Shown: positions 10,397 through 19,114 of the stretch, one piece after another
Position numbering within the stretch: the stretch's first letter is position 1
How the letters are laid out: the number at the start of each line of letters is the position of its first letter
NCBI GenBank assembly: GCA_944349635.1
Contig: CALVNH010000003.1
Location: 727 to 64,726 of the forward strand
From: an uncultured Clostridia bacterium
GTDB lineage: Bacteria; Bacillota; Clostridia; Christensenellales; CAG-917
Reading direction: 5' to 3'
Length of the DNA stretch: 64,000 bases
Notes under the pieces: generated by a model
What the model was told of the DNA's origin: nothing
Database searches by the model: none
What the model saw: the letters and a program-made list of their open reading frames with translations, nothing else
Translations under genes and position numbers: made by a program

Positions 10397-11452
10397 TCAG
10401 GCGCACATCTCGGTTTCGTCCTCGACGGTGGGAACGTAGTTTTTGGAAAGGCACTTGAAGTGGCTGAATTTGCTCACGAAAATCTCACGCGCAAGCGCCA
10501 TGGACAGGAAGGCTATCGTTCCGCCGAACAGAACGTCGGAGAAGAAGTGAGCACCGACGACTATACGGCTGATTGCCACCACGCCCGTGAACGCAACGGG
10601 GAAAATCCAGCAAAGTGCGCGCAGAGGTTTGTTTTTGATTTTCAAAACGTCGGGCAGCATGCAGAGCGCATAAGTCATACCTGCGGCACAGGTGTGTCCC
10701 GACGGGAAGGATTTGTATGCGTCGTCCACTCCGTACGTTCCCGCAAACGCGTTGAGAATGTCGGCGTCGGGCTGACCTCCCCTCATCTGATACCACGGAG
10801 TGTAGTTGTCGAATCCGCCGAGCAACGCGCCGAGGTCGCTGTTCATGGCACGGAAACGCATTCTGCCGGCGGGTACTTTGACGACGGCGATTATAAGGTT
10901 TGCGACCGCCGCCATCAAAATGAAGGCGAACACGAATTTCAGAAGATTTTTCAGCGTTTCGTCCTTCATTCCTTTGAGAGCGAACACCACACAGACCGAT
11001 GTCAAAAGCGCGCAAAGCACGGCAATGACTTCCAGCACGCCCTCCATATACCCCACATCGCTTCCCGCCGCGGCGGCAACGTAGTGCTCCGTGATGTATT
11101 TGAACATATCGTGGTAGAAGAAGCGGAACGCAAGCACCGTCCCCGCGAACAGCACAACCCCGATTATTTCGCGAGCGGGTCGCAGCTTCAAAAACCTGAC
11201 AACGTACAGAAAAAGAATGGCGACGGCAAAACCCGCTATGATAAATACGGGCGACGAACCGAAAACCTCGAAAGCGACGCCGAACACGTCATGCGACAGA
11301 TACTCTCCGTCCGCAAGCGCATTTTTCGTCAGCAACTTGCTGACGTCCAGGTCAAACACGGTTGCCGTTGCAAGCAAAACAGCAAACAATGCTACAAAAA
11401 GCACTATCGAGACGATGACTCTGTTCTTCTCGGAAAGTTTGGAAAAAATCAT
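10397..11452 (-). CDS. PAP2-family (acid phosphatase / lipid phosphate phosphatase) integral membrane protein
   Basis: Multiple TM helices and PAP2 motifs KSFPSGHT and SRIVVGAHFFSDV. Good GAGGG ribosome-binding site. Confidence 0.8.
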   Translation of the reverse strand: MIFSKLSEKNRVIVSIVLFVALFAVLLATATVFDLDVSKLLTKNALADGEYLSHDVFGVAFEVFGSSPVFIIAGFAVAILFLYVVRFLKLRPAREIIGVVLFAGTVLAFRFFYHDMFKYITEHYVAAAAGSDVGYMEGVLEVIAVLCALLTSVCVVFALKGMKDETLKNLLKFVFAFILMAAVANLIIAVVKVPAGRMRFRAMNSDLGALLGGFDNYTPWYQMRGGQPDADILNAFAGTYGVDDAYKSFPSGHTCAAGMTYALCMLPDVLKIKNKPLRALCWIFPVAFTGVVAISRIVVGAHFFSDVLFGGTIAFLSMALAREIFVSKFSHFKCLSKNYVPTVEDETEMCA

Positions 11453-11790
11453 AATTATCCCTCTGAAAAACTTTTTTTACATTTTAACACGGAATCGGCT
11501 GCTGTTCAATAGCAAAAACGTGCTTTCGACACACTTCGGCGATAAAGCCGCTGCCGAAACGGACTCCTACCCGTTTCCGAACCGAAATCTTATCGGTCAC
11601 GCTTATCCCTCGCGGATTTGCAGCACCGCACGGTCGACTGCCGATTGCCAGCACTCTCCCGCGCCAACGCGACGACGCCTTTCACAATATTACGTATTTT
11701 GTTAAATTATGGCAATTTTTGAGAATAAAATTACAATTTGCGAAATGACCTTTCGCTTTTTTAAGTATAATTTGTAATAAAGGAGTTTAT

Positions 11791-13203
11791 ATGGAGAAGG
11801 ATTTGACCCGCGGAAAACCGTCGAAGCTGATACTGACTTTCGCATTGCCGCTGTTTATCGGCAACGTCTTTCAGCAACTTTACAGCATGGTGGACACGAT
11901 TATAGTAGGACAAACGGTTTCCACGCAAGCCTTGGCGGGTGTCGGCGCCACGGGAGCGCTCTCCTTTCTCATTATAGGCTTCGTCCAGGGAATGACGTCG
12001 GGTTTTGCCGTGCTCACCAGCCAAAAGTACGGCGCGCGCGACGAAGACGGCGTAAAAAAGACGGTTGCCGCTTCCGTCGTCCTTTCGTTGGTCATGTCTG
12101 CGGTTCTCACCGCAATCAGCGTGCCTCTCATGCGCCCTCTCCTCACATTGATGAATACGCCGGCAAGCATCATCGATTATGCGGACAGCTATATCGTCAC
12201 CATCTGCTGGGGGCTCACCGCAACGGTGTTTTACAACATGTTTTCCTCCCTCCTCCGCGCCGTGGGGGACTCCAAAAGTCCTTTGTTCTTCCTCATACTC
12301 GCTTCCGTACTCAACATAGGTCTCGACTTTCTCTTCATCGTGGTTTTCAAAATGGGCGTTGCGGGCGCAGGCTGGGCTACGGCCATAAGCCAGGCGGTCT
12401 CCGCTTTGGCGTGCCTTGCGCACATAGTTCGCAAATTCCGCATTTTACGCATATCGAAACGCCACTTCAAATTCGGATTCCGTATCGCAAAGCAAATGAC
12501 CGTGCTGGGTTTGCCAATGGCGTTGCAGTTCAGCATAACGGCAGTCGGAGTCATGGTGCAGCAAAGCGCGCTCAACGGGTTCGGCGAAACCGTGGTTGCG
12601 GCATACACGGCGGCAAGCAAAATCGACACTCTCGCCGTACAGGCTCTCGTGGCAATGGGCACGGCAATCGCTACTTACTGCGGACAGAACGCGGGAGCAC
12701 GCCGTTACGACAGAATCAAAAGCGGCGTGCGTGCGGGAATGTTAATATCTGCCGTATGCGCCGTCGTCGCGGCTCTCTTCGTCATACTTCCCGCAAAGCC
12801 GCTGACTTCCCTGTTCATTTCGGACCCGGGCGAGGAGATTCTGAATCTGTCGCAGACCTATCTGTTCTATCAGGGAATCTTTTACATAGCCCTCGGCGCA
12901 ATTTTCGTATACCGCAACGCCTTGCAGGGAATGGGATACAGCGCGCTCACCATGCTTGCGGGCGCAACCGAACTCGTTATGCGCATAATTGCCGCCTTCG
13001 CACTGGCTGCGGCAATAGGGTTTACGGGAATCTGTCTCTCCAACCCCGTGGCATGGCTCGGCGCCGACGTTTTCCTGCTCGCCGCCTACCCTCTGCTGTT
13101 GCGCAAAAAGCTGAAAACCGGCTCACCGCTCCCCGTTGCCGCGGTTGAACCGACGGAAAGCACGTCCCCTTGCGAAGCAATTACCGAAAAACGCGCCGCC
13201 TGA
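11791..13203 (+). CDS. MATE family efflux transporter
   Basis: 470 aa, 12-TM pattern, N-terminus LTRGKPSKLILTFALPLFIGNVFQQLYSMVDTIIVG typical of MATE. AAAGGAG ribosome-binding site. Confidence 0.9.
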   Translation: MEKDLTRGKPSKLILTFALPLFIGNVFQQLYSMVDTIIVGQTVSTQALAGVGATGALSFLIIGFVQGMTSGFAVLTSQKYGARDEDGVKKTVAASVVLSLVMSAVLTAISVPLMRPLLTLMNTPASIIDYADSYIVTICWGLTATVFYNMFSSLLRAVGDSKSPLFFLILASVLNIGLDFLFIVVFKMGVAGAGWATAISQAVSALACLAHIVRKFRILRISKRHFKFGFRIAKQMTVLGLPMALQFSITAVGVMVQQSALNGFGETVVAAYTAASKIDTLAVQALVAMGTAIATYCGQNAGARRYDRIKSGVRAGMLISAVCAVVAALFVILPAKPLTSLFISDPGEEILNLSQTYLFYQGIFYIALGAIFVYRNALQGMGYSALTMLAGATELVMRIIAAFALAAAIGFTGICLSNPVAWLGADVFLLAAYPLLLRKKLKTGSPLPVAAVEPTESTSPCEAITEKRAA

Positions 13204-13448
13204 CAGAGCGGCGGTGTGCACACCGCTTCAATCCAACGCAACTTGTGAGAAACGACTCAGCATTGTCCGAGAGAAAATAAGCGTCGCGGAATCGTCTGAA
13301 CGGCCGCGCGGCTGCTTTTCACGGATTTTTCAATCCTCTCCGCCGACCCAAAAAACTCGTCAGACCCGACGAAATGTTTTATAAAATCAAGAAAAAAACC
13401 TGTTAGAATGCGGAAATCTCCCTTCCTGTTGTTTTGCGAAATTGGGTA

Positions 13449-13477
13449 TTGCAATATTTGTTTTTGTGTGCTATATT
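13449..13477 (+). promoter_or_regulatory. near-consensus extended -10 promoter with no protein gene downstream
   Basis: TTGCAA-17 nt-TGcTATATT. The next recognisable gene on this strand is tRNA-Glu, about 610 nt downstream. Confidence 0.6.
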
Positions 13478-13750
13478 GTAAGTACAGAAGAAATTCCTGC
13501 TATGCTCGTGATGATGTTCGATTTTGAACCACAGTATTTTATACGGGATAGCGCGTCCGTCTTTCCAATGTCAGGCCTCATCTTTCAGTGGAAGGCAGAA
13601 GCAAGCGGCAGCTAGTAACCCACCCTGCACATGCAGGTTTATAAAATGGCATCACACGGCATCGTGGGAGTTTCTCGTTTTGGGAGATTTTTTCTCAAAC
13701 GCGTTCAAACGCTTGCTTAATCGGCCGCGATATGATATTATCACAAAGTC

Positions 13751-14054
13751 GCAATTCGCTTTGCATTGCAAGCAATGAAAGCCTCGCACTTTTACATTCC
13801 TACATCAAAATGCCCTTCGTGGTAGTCGCAACTCCGTTGCGCCTTCCGCTTCGGATACTTTCAGTATCCTTGCGATGACGGTTCTCGCAATTCGCTTTGC
13901 ATTGCAAGCAATGAAAGCCTCGCACTTTTACATTCCTACATCAAAATGCCCTTCGTGGTAGTCGCAACTCCGTTGCGCCTTCCGCTTCGGATACTTTCAG
14001 TATCCTTGCGATGACGGTTCTCGCAATTCGCTTTGCATTGCAAGCAATGAAAGC
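13751..14054 (+). repeat. perfect tandem direct repeat, 136-bp unit, about 2.2 copies
   Basis: Units 13751-13886 and 13887-14022 are identical by eye. A third partial copy (14023 to about 14054) diverges into the tRNA-Glu upstream sequence. Confidence 0.9.
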
Positions 14055-14089
14055 AAATTGCTCAACCCCCACTCGGGCATTGAAAATAT

Positions 14090-14164
14090 GCCCTCGTGGT
14101 CAAGCGGTTAAGACGTCGCCCTCTCACGGCGGAATCTGGGGTTCGATTCCCCACGGGGGTACCA
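14090..14164 (+). tRNA. tRNA-Glu (anticodon CTC)
   Basis: Manual cloverleaf: acceptor GCCCTCG/CGGGGGT, D-loop GGTCAAGCGGTTAAGAC, anticodon arm TCGCC-CTCTCAC-GGCGG, T-arm TGGGG-TTCGATT-CCCCA, encoded CCA. Confidence 0.9.
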
Positions 14165-14166
14165 CA

Positions 14167-14204
14167 AAGAGAACATTCGCAGGAATGTTCTCTTTTTCGT
14201 TTTC
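14167..14204 (+). terminator. Rho-independent terminator after tRNA-Glu
   Basis: AAGAGAACATTC-GCAG-GAATGTTCTCTT followed by TTTCGTTTTC. Confidence 0.75.
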
Positions 14205-14427
14205 GGGTATTTAGCCACATTCCTCCCGAAGCGGTTTTCGCTCTGTTTGCATTCTCCCCTTTCTTTTTCCGAACCGCCGTTTCGTTTCCGACGTACTTTT
14301 CGGACATCAGGCAATATTTGACTATTGAATTTCGTACGGGGGAAGTGTATCATTATTTTATAAAGGTATTGTTTAACCGCGTTTTCGCCGATTTTATGGC
14401 GGTGCGGACCTATGATGAGGAGGATTT

Positions 14428-17400
14428 ATGAGAAGAAACAATCTCGCTTTTGTCAAAACGTTGCCCGTAATTGTTCTTGTCGCGGTAATGTTCGCAACCG
14501 TTTTCTTTGCGGTCAGCGAATCGGCTTTTGCGGAATCCGCGCCCGTGACGGTCAATGCGACGGACGAAATCACCGTCGGACACATCAGCGACATTCACTA
14601 TTTCCCGTTGGAACACTGCTACACCGACGTCGACAGCGACAATTACAAAGACAGCGATTTCTATTACTCGATGACCGGTGACACCAAACTGGTGCTGGAA
14701 AGCGGCACAATTCTGAACGCCAACATCCGACGCATCGTCGAGGACGCGAAAAAAGGCACCGCTCCGCTTTACGTATTCGCAACGGGCGACCTGTCCAAAA
14801 ACGGCGAACGCCAGGCGCTCATTGACGTGGCAAACGCTCTGCGCTATTTGCAGAACAGCGTCCGTGCCCTGGCAACGACCGACCCCGCACTCGCCGCATA
14901 CGCCAACTTCCAGGTGTTCGTCACGCCTGGTAACCATGATTTGTACAACGGTTCGGGCGCGCTGTACACCTCGACAGACGGCTCTTCCGTTGCCGCCGAA
15001 GCCGTTTCCTCGGCTCAATTCGCGCTGATATTCGCGGGACTCGGTTTCCCCGACGCCTCCTATGACGGCTCCGTGGGCATCAACCTTTCCGAAATTTATC
15101 CCGAAGAAAGCTACTGGGCGTCGTCCTATACCGACGGTTATGTCACCTCTAAAAACGCCGACAACCTCACCATTACCTACTTCAACGACGCCATTGCCTC
15201 TCACGCAACCGACGCGGAATGGTATGTCAAAGTCGGCGACTACATCAACGCTCTCTCCTACCGCGTGGAAATCGCGGGCTCAGACTATGTGTTCTTCGGA
15301 CTTGACGGAGCGGACCGCGAACCTGCGGAATCCTCTTTCAGAATAAGAGTCAACCGTGCGCAATTCGACGCCATGGTTGCCTCGGGTGTTGCTTCGAAAT
15401 ACAGTTTTTCCACACTTTCCTCGACGGAAAACGATTACTTCTTTATTGCGGCAAGCTCGGTTTCGAGTTATCTTGCCGAAGGGAAAGCCGTCTATGTCAG
15501 TTCGCCCTACAACCACATCACGGGCGGACGTATAGTTCAACCCGTACTCGATTGGATTTCGGCATTTACCACGGCACCGGAGAACTCGTCGAAAACATAT
15601 CTTGCGGCATATCACCACAACGCGCTTCCCCATTTCGAACAAGAGGACGACATTCTGAAAGACTTTGTCTTCTACAACTGGGAACACGTTGCAAAGACGT
15701 TGCTTGAATCCAACGTGCGTTACGCTCTCGCGGGACACATGCACGCAAGCGACGTGGCAAGCTACACCGACCCCGCAGGCAGAACTTTTTACGAACTGGA
15801 AACGGGCTCTTCCGTGAGTTACGATTCCCCCGTGCGCTACATTACCATAGCCCGCTACGCCCTCCCCGACGGCGCGGTCGCGGAAAGTTTCACCACGTCG
15901 TTGCACATTCTCGACAACATAAAGGAAGTCGCATCCACGTCGATAACTTCGGGTTCCGAGTGGAATCAGGCTGCTTTCGAGGCGGCGAACGGCGACTGGG
16001 ATAAAGTGATTGCCGCCAACCCCGACTTTTTCGTTTACAACCTGCACTACGACGCGCTCTCCGTGCAAACTTACAATGAATATATCACGGACGAAATCTA
16101 CGGCACGCTTGCGGAAAGAATCGTCGACCACTTCGTCAACGTCAAGACGATAGAAAACCTCAACATCGCCGAAACCGTAAAATCCGTTCTTCCCGCTACT
16201 TTCGAAACTTACGCGGATACTCTCTCCAAAATGGCGGACTATCTCGTGGACACCCTGCTTTACGGGCTTTATCCCGCCGGGAAATATCCCTACAACGGCA
16301 AAACCTATGACGGAGCAATAGAATATCTGAACGCAATTATAGCGGATTTGCTCGGAATGAAGTTCGGCGCAAGCGGCAAAGAACTGACCTTGTCGCAGAT
16401 GGCGTCATTCATTATGATGGCTCACACAGGCTCGTTGGAACCCACGACGGAAGAAGTGTTCGGCGGGCAACCGCTCGATACGGAAGGTACCGCAATGAGC
16501 ATTCAACCCGACGACCCGGTGTACAGAGCGCGTTTCATAGCGGCATTGCGGGACTTCTCCGAACAGTGCGACAGCGGTGAACTCGGTCGTAAACTCTTCA
16601 CCACCTTGCTCAACCCTCTTTACTTCAACGAAGATTCCCTGCTGAAAACTCTTCTCAACTTCAAATTCGACTTTGTCAACGGCGCGGCGTTCACCGACAC
16701 CGATACGTACAATCTGGACAGCGTCATCGACCTGCTCGAAGGCATGATTGCAACCAGGCTGCCCGAAGACCGGCAGGAGGATTTCTCGCTGGAAATCTCC
16801 CCCGACAACTTCGTGCTCGTCAAAGTTGCGGACGGTGCATGGGACGTCATCACGGGGCTGCTCGACAGTCTGCTCGGCTTTTCTCTTCCCGGAAGCGGCA
16901 TCATTTCGGCGCTGGACGGTTTCCTTGACGCCTATCTGGTGGACAGCTTTTACATCGGACTCAGCGGCATAGCCAAAAACATCGTCGTGGCGTTTGCCAC
17001 CGACGACGTCAGAGACATTGCCGCGGACGGCAATCCCGAAACACCTTTCACGATTACGCCCTACGACGGCTACGGAAGCGGCTATGTCGACGCAAACGGC
17101 AACAAAGTTGTTTTGACCTATATTTCCGACGCGCCGGTCGCGGACGAATTCAATCCCGCAACCACCGAAAACGGCAGACTTCCTTCCGCATTGACGGCGA
17201 ACTTCTCCACCGAAAAGGGCAAGAGCGGCTCCGAATTCAACGTCTCCTTCTACACAGGCGAGGACATCGGCGCCGAAGTAACGCTTTACGACGCGAACGG
17301 CAATCTCGTTGCCGAAGCGGAAATCACCGTTGCCGATATGAACGCCTCCTCCGACAAGCGGTTCCGCACCGTCACCGCAAACGGCGGCAACAATATTTTG

Positions 17401-18762
17401 CTGAAAGGCGAAACTCGTGCGCAGTACATTCCTCTCATCGACCTTGGACTGCTCTGCCTGCAACACGCCGAAATCGAATACGAAACGGAAGAAGGCGAGG
17501 TCATCGAATACGGTTACACCGACCGCGACGACGCGCCCGGCAACAGTGTGCTGTACAGAAACCGTTTCACCGTGACGTTCTACGGGCTGGAAGCGGGCAA
17601 GACTTATTACTATTCCGTCAGCGGCAGGTACACCGACGGCGGAGCCGACAAGACATATCCCCTCGCGGATTCGGAAGGCAATGCGAAATTCGCCCTCACC
17701 ACGGCTCCCGACGACAGCGTGACGGATTTCGACTTCGTGGCGATAGCGGACATGCAGGGAATGATTGCTTCAATGTACGACAAGGCCGCGGCAACCGTCA
17801 GAGCCATTGACAAAAACGCGGGCGAATACGGTTTCGTGCTGAATGCGGGCGATATGACCGACAACGGCAAAAACTTCTATCAGTGGCAATGGGCGCTGGA
17901 CTACAATCTCGATTTCTTCGCTGGCACGTCCTCGTTCAACGCGGCGGGAAATCACGAGAGCGGCACGGACGCCCTGTCCCGCTTCTACACCTACGCTCTG
18001 GCTGCCGAAGCACAGGGCGACGCCCCGGTCTATGCCTACTCGTTCGACTATGCCACGGCACACGTCATAGTCCTCGACACCAACGACGCCAACTCCAAAA
18101 CGGGACTTAACGAAGCGCAATTTAATTGGTTAAAGTCCGATTTGGAAGCAAACAAGGACGCAAAGTGGACTTTCGTGCTTATGCACAAGAGTCTGTATTC
18201 CGCGGGTTCTCACTCCTATGACGGCGAGGTTGTCGCGATGCGCGCACAGCTTGTCCCGCTCTTCTACGAATACGGTGTGGACATTGTTTTCGGCGGTCAC
18301 GACCACACCTATACCGTCACCAAGTTCCTTGACGGCGAAGGCAAAGCCGCAAAAAGAAAATTCGATTCCGACAACTCCGTGACGGCGGACGGCAAAGGCG
18401 TGCTCTATGTCACGCTCGGTACCGTGGGAACAAAGTATTACGAGTATACCGACGCCAACGATATCGTCACCGGCGTGCTCGACAAGTCCAGAAGCATTTT
18501 TGCAACCCTTGAAGAGCCGACGTTTGCAAAAGTTTCCGTAAGAGGCGACGTGCTCACGTTCGAGGGTTACACCGTGCGTTCGGACGGGTCGGTTTCCGTT
18601 ATAGACAACGGCGACAGCCTGCTCTGGATTGCCTTGGGAGTTTCGTTGGGGCTCGCGGCATTGCAACTTGTCGTGGTGCTCGTCTGTTTCGTCAGGAAGA
18701 AGACCGAGAAGTCACGCTCGGACAAAAACAAGGACGCGCAATCAACCCCCGCCGAAAATTGA
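14428..18762 (+). CDS. 1444-aa cell-surface protein with two calcineurin-like metallophosphoesterase domains, a signal peptide and a C-terminal TM anchor
   Basis: Signal peptide ...SESAFA/ES. N-terminal MPE motifs GHISDIHYF, GDLSKNGE, TPGNHD, GHMH. C-terminal purple-acid-phosphatase-like unit (FVAIADMQG, AGDMTDNGK, AAGNHE, GGHDHTY) preceded by an Ig/FN3-like segment. C-terminal TM helix plus basic tail. GAGGAGG ribosome-binding site. Confidence 0.85.
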   Translation: MRRNNLAFVKTLPVIVLVAVMFATVFFAVSESAFAESAPVTVNATDEITVGHISDIHYFPLEHCYTDVDSDNYKDSDFYYSMTGDTKLVLESGTILNANIRRIVEDAKKGTAPLYVFATGDLSKNGERQALIDVANALRYLQNSVRALATTDPALAAYANFQVFVTPGNHDLYNGSGALYTSTDGSSVAAEAVSSAQFALIFAGLGFPDASYDGSVGINLSEIYPEESYWASSYTDGYVTSKNADNLTITYFNDAIASHATDAEWYVKVGDYINALSYRVEIAGSDYVFFGLDGADREPAESSFRIRVNRAQFDAMVASGVASKYSFSTLSSTENDYFFIAASSVSSYLAEGKAVYVSSPYNHITGGRIVQPVLDWISAFTTAPENSSKTYLAAYHHNALPHFEQEDDILKDFVFYNWEHVAKTLLESNVRYALAGHMHASDVASYTDPAGRTFYELETGSSVSYDSPVRYITIARYALPDGAVAESFTTSLHILDNIKEVASTSITSGSEWNQAAFEAANGDWDKVIAANPDFFVYNLHYDALSVQTYNEYITDEIYGTLAERIVDHFVNVKTIENLNIAETVKSVLPATFETYADTLSKMADYLVDTLLYGLYPAGKYPYNGKTYDGAIEYLNAIIADLLGMKFGASGKELTLSQMASFIMMAHTGSLEPTTEEVFGGQPLDTEGTAMSIQPDDPVYRARFIAALRDFSEQCDSGELGRKLFTTLLNPLYFNEDSLLKTLLNFKFDFVNGAAFTDTDTYNLDSVIDLLEGMIATRLPEDRQEDFSLEISPDNFVLVKVADGAWDVITGLLDSLLGFSLPGSGIISALDGFLDAYLVDSFYIGLSGIAKNIVVAFATDDVRDIAADGNPETPFTITPYDGYGSGYVDANGNKVVLTYISDAPVADEFNPATTENGRLPSALTANFSTEKGKSGSEFNVSFYTGEDIGAEVTLYDANGNLVAEAEITVADMNASSDKRFRTVTANGGNNILLKGETRAQYIPLIDLGLLCLQHAEIEYETEEGEVIEYGYTDRDDAPGNSVLYRNRFTVTFYGLEAGKTYYYSVSGRYTDGGADKTYPLADSEGNAKFALTTAPDDSVTDFDFVAIADMQGMIASMYDKAAATVRAIDKNAGEYGFVLNAGDMTDNGKNFYQWQWALDYNLDFFAGTSSFNAAGNHESGTDALSRFYTYALAAEAQGDAPVYAYSFDYATAHVIVLDTNDANSKTGLNEAQFNWLKSDLEANKDAKWTFVLMHKSLYSAGSHSYDGEVVAMRAQLVPLFYEYGVDIVFGGHDHTYTVTKFLDGEGKAAKRKFDSDNSVTADGKGVLYVTLGTVGTKYYEYTDANDIVTGVLDKSRSIFATLEEPTFAKVSVRGDVLTFEGYTVRSDGSVSVIDNGDSLLWIALGVSLGLAALQLVVVLVCFVRKKTEKSRSDKNKDAQSTPAEN

Positions 18763-18771
18763 CGACATTCT

Positions 18772-18805
18772 TTCCCCGCCCCGCTAGGGACGGGGAATTT
18801 TATTC
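18772..18805 (+). terminator. Rho-independent terminator
   Basis: TTCCCCG...CGGGGAA stem followed by TTTTATTCTT, 10 nt after the stop codon. Confidence 0.6.
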
Positions 18806-19012
18806 TTGTGACGAAGCGTCCGACGGTTTTTCAATCGATTGACCACGCGCGTGTCGTTTCGGAATCACCGTTCGACGTGTGCGTTCCGCACTCTCTCCGC
18901 GCGGAAACCCGAGGCGAAACAAAGCAAAAAATCCGGGCAAATCCTGTGCGTTTTTTTTGTCGGAATGCGCCCCGAAATATGCAGTTAAATTAAAATTTTT
19001 CGGTTTTTTGAT

Positions 19013-19041
19013 TTGACAATCGAAAATATTTTAATCATAAT
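19013..19041 (+). promoter_or_regulatory. promoter of the MMPL transporter gene
   Basis: TTGACA-17 nt-CATAAT in an AT-rich spacer, about 70 nt upstream of the start codon. Confidence 0.5.
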
Positions 19042-19114
19042 ATAAATGTTTTCTTTTGTACACACGCGCGCATAATCGGCGCACTTACGGATAAACGTCG
19101 TCGGGAGTTTCGAA

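Noticed and set aside
13555-13615. SRP (4.5S/scRNA) RNA suspected from ATGTCAGG...GGAAGG..AGCA similarity
   Set aside because: The helix-8 signature (CAGG-NCC-GNRA tetraloop-GG-AGCAGC with pairing) is interrupted by a 14-nt insertion, and the required complementary strand is not present. This is not supportable by eye, so it was left as an unassigned transcript.
13524-13778. 84-aa ORF in the tRNA-Glu upstream region
   Set aside because: It has a non-ATG start, no ribosome-binding site, a Cys/Ser/Phe-rich implausible sequence, and it runs into the tandem repeat.
13751-14054. Tandem repeat considered as a CRISPR array
   Set aside because: The units are 136 bp, directly abutting with no unique spacers, and number only about 2.2 copies. 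There are no cas genes in the window.
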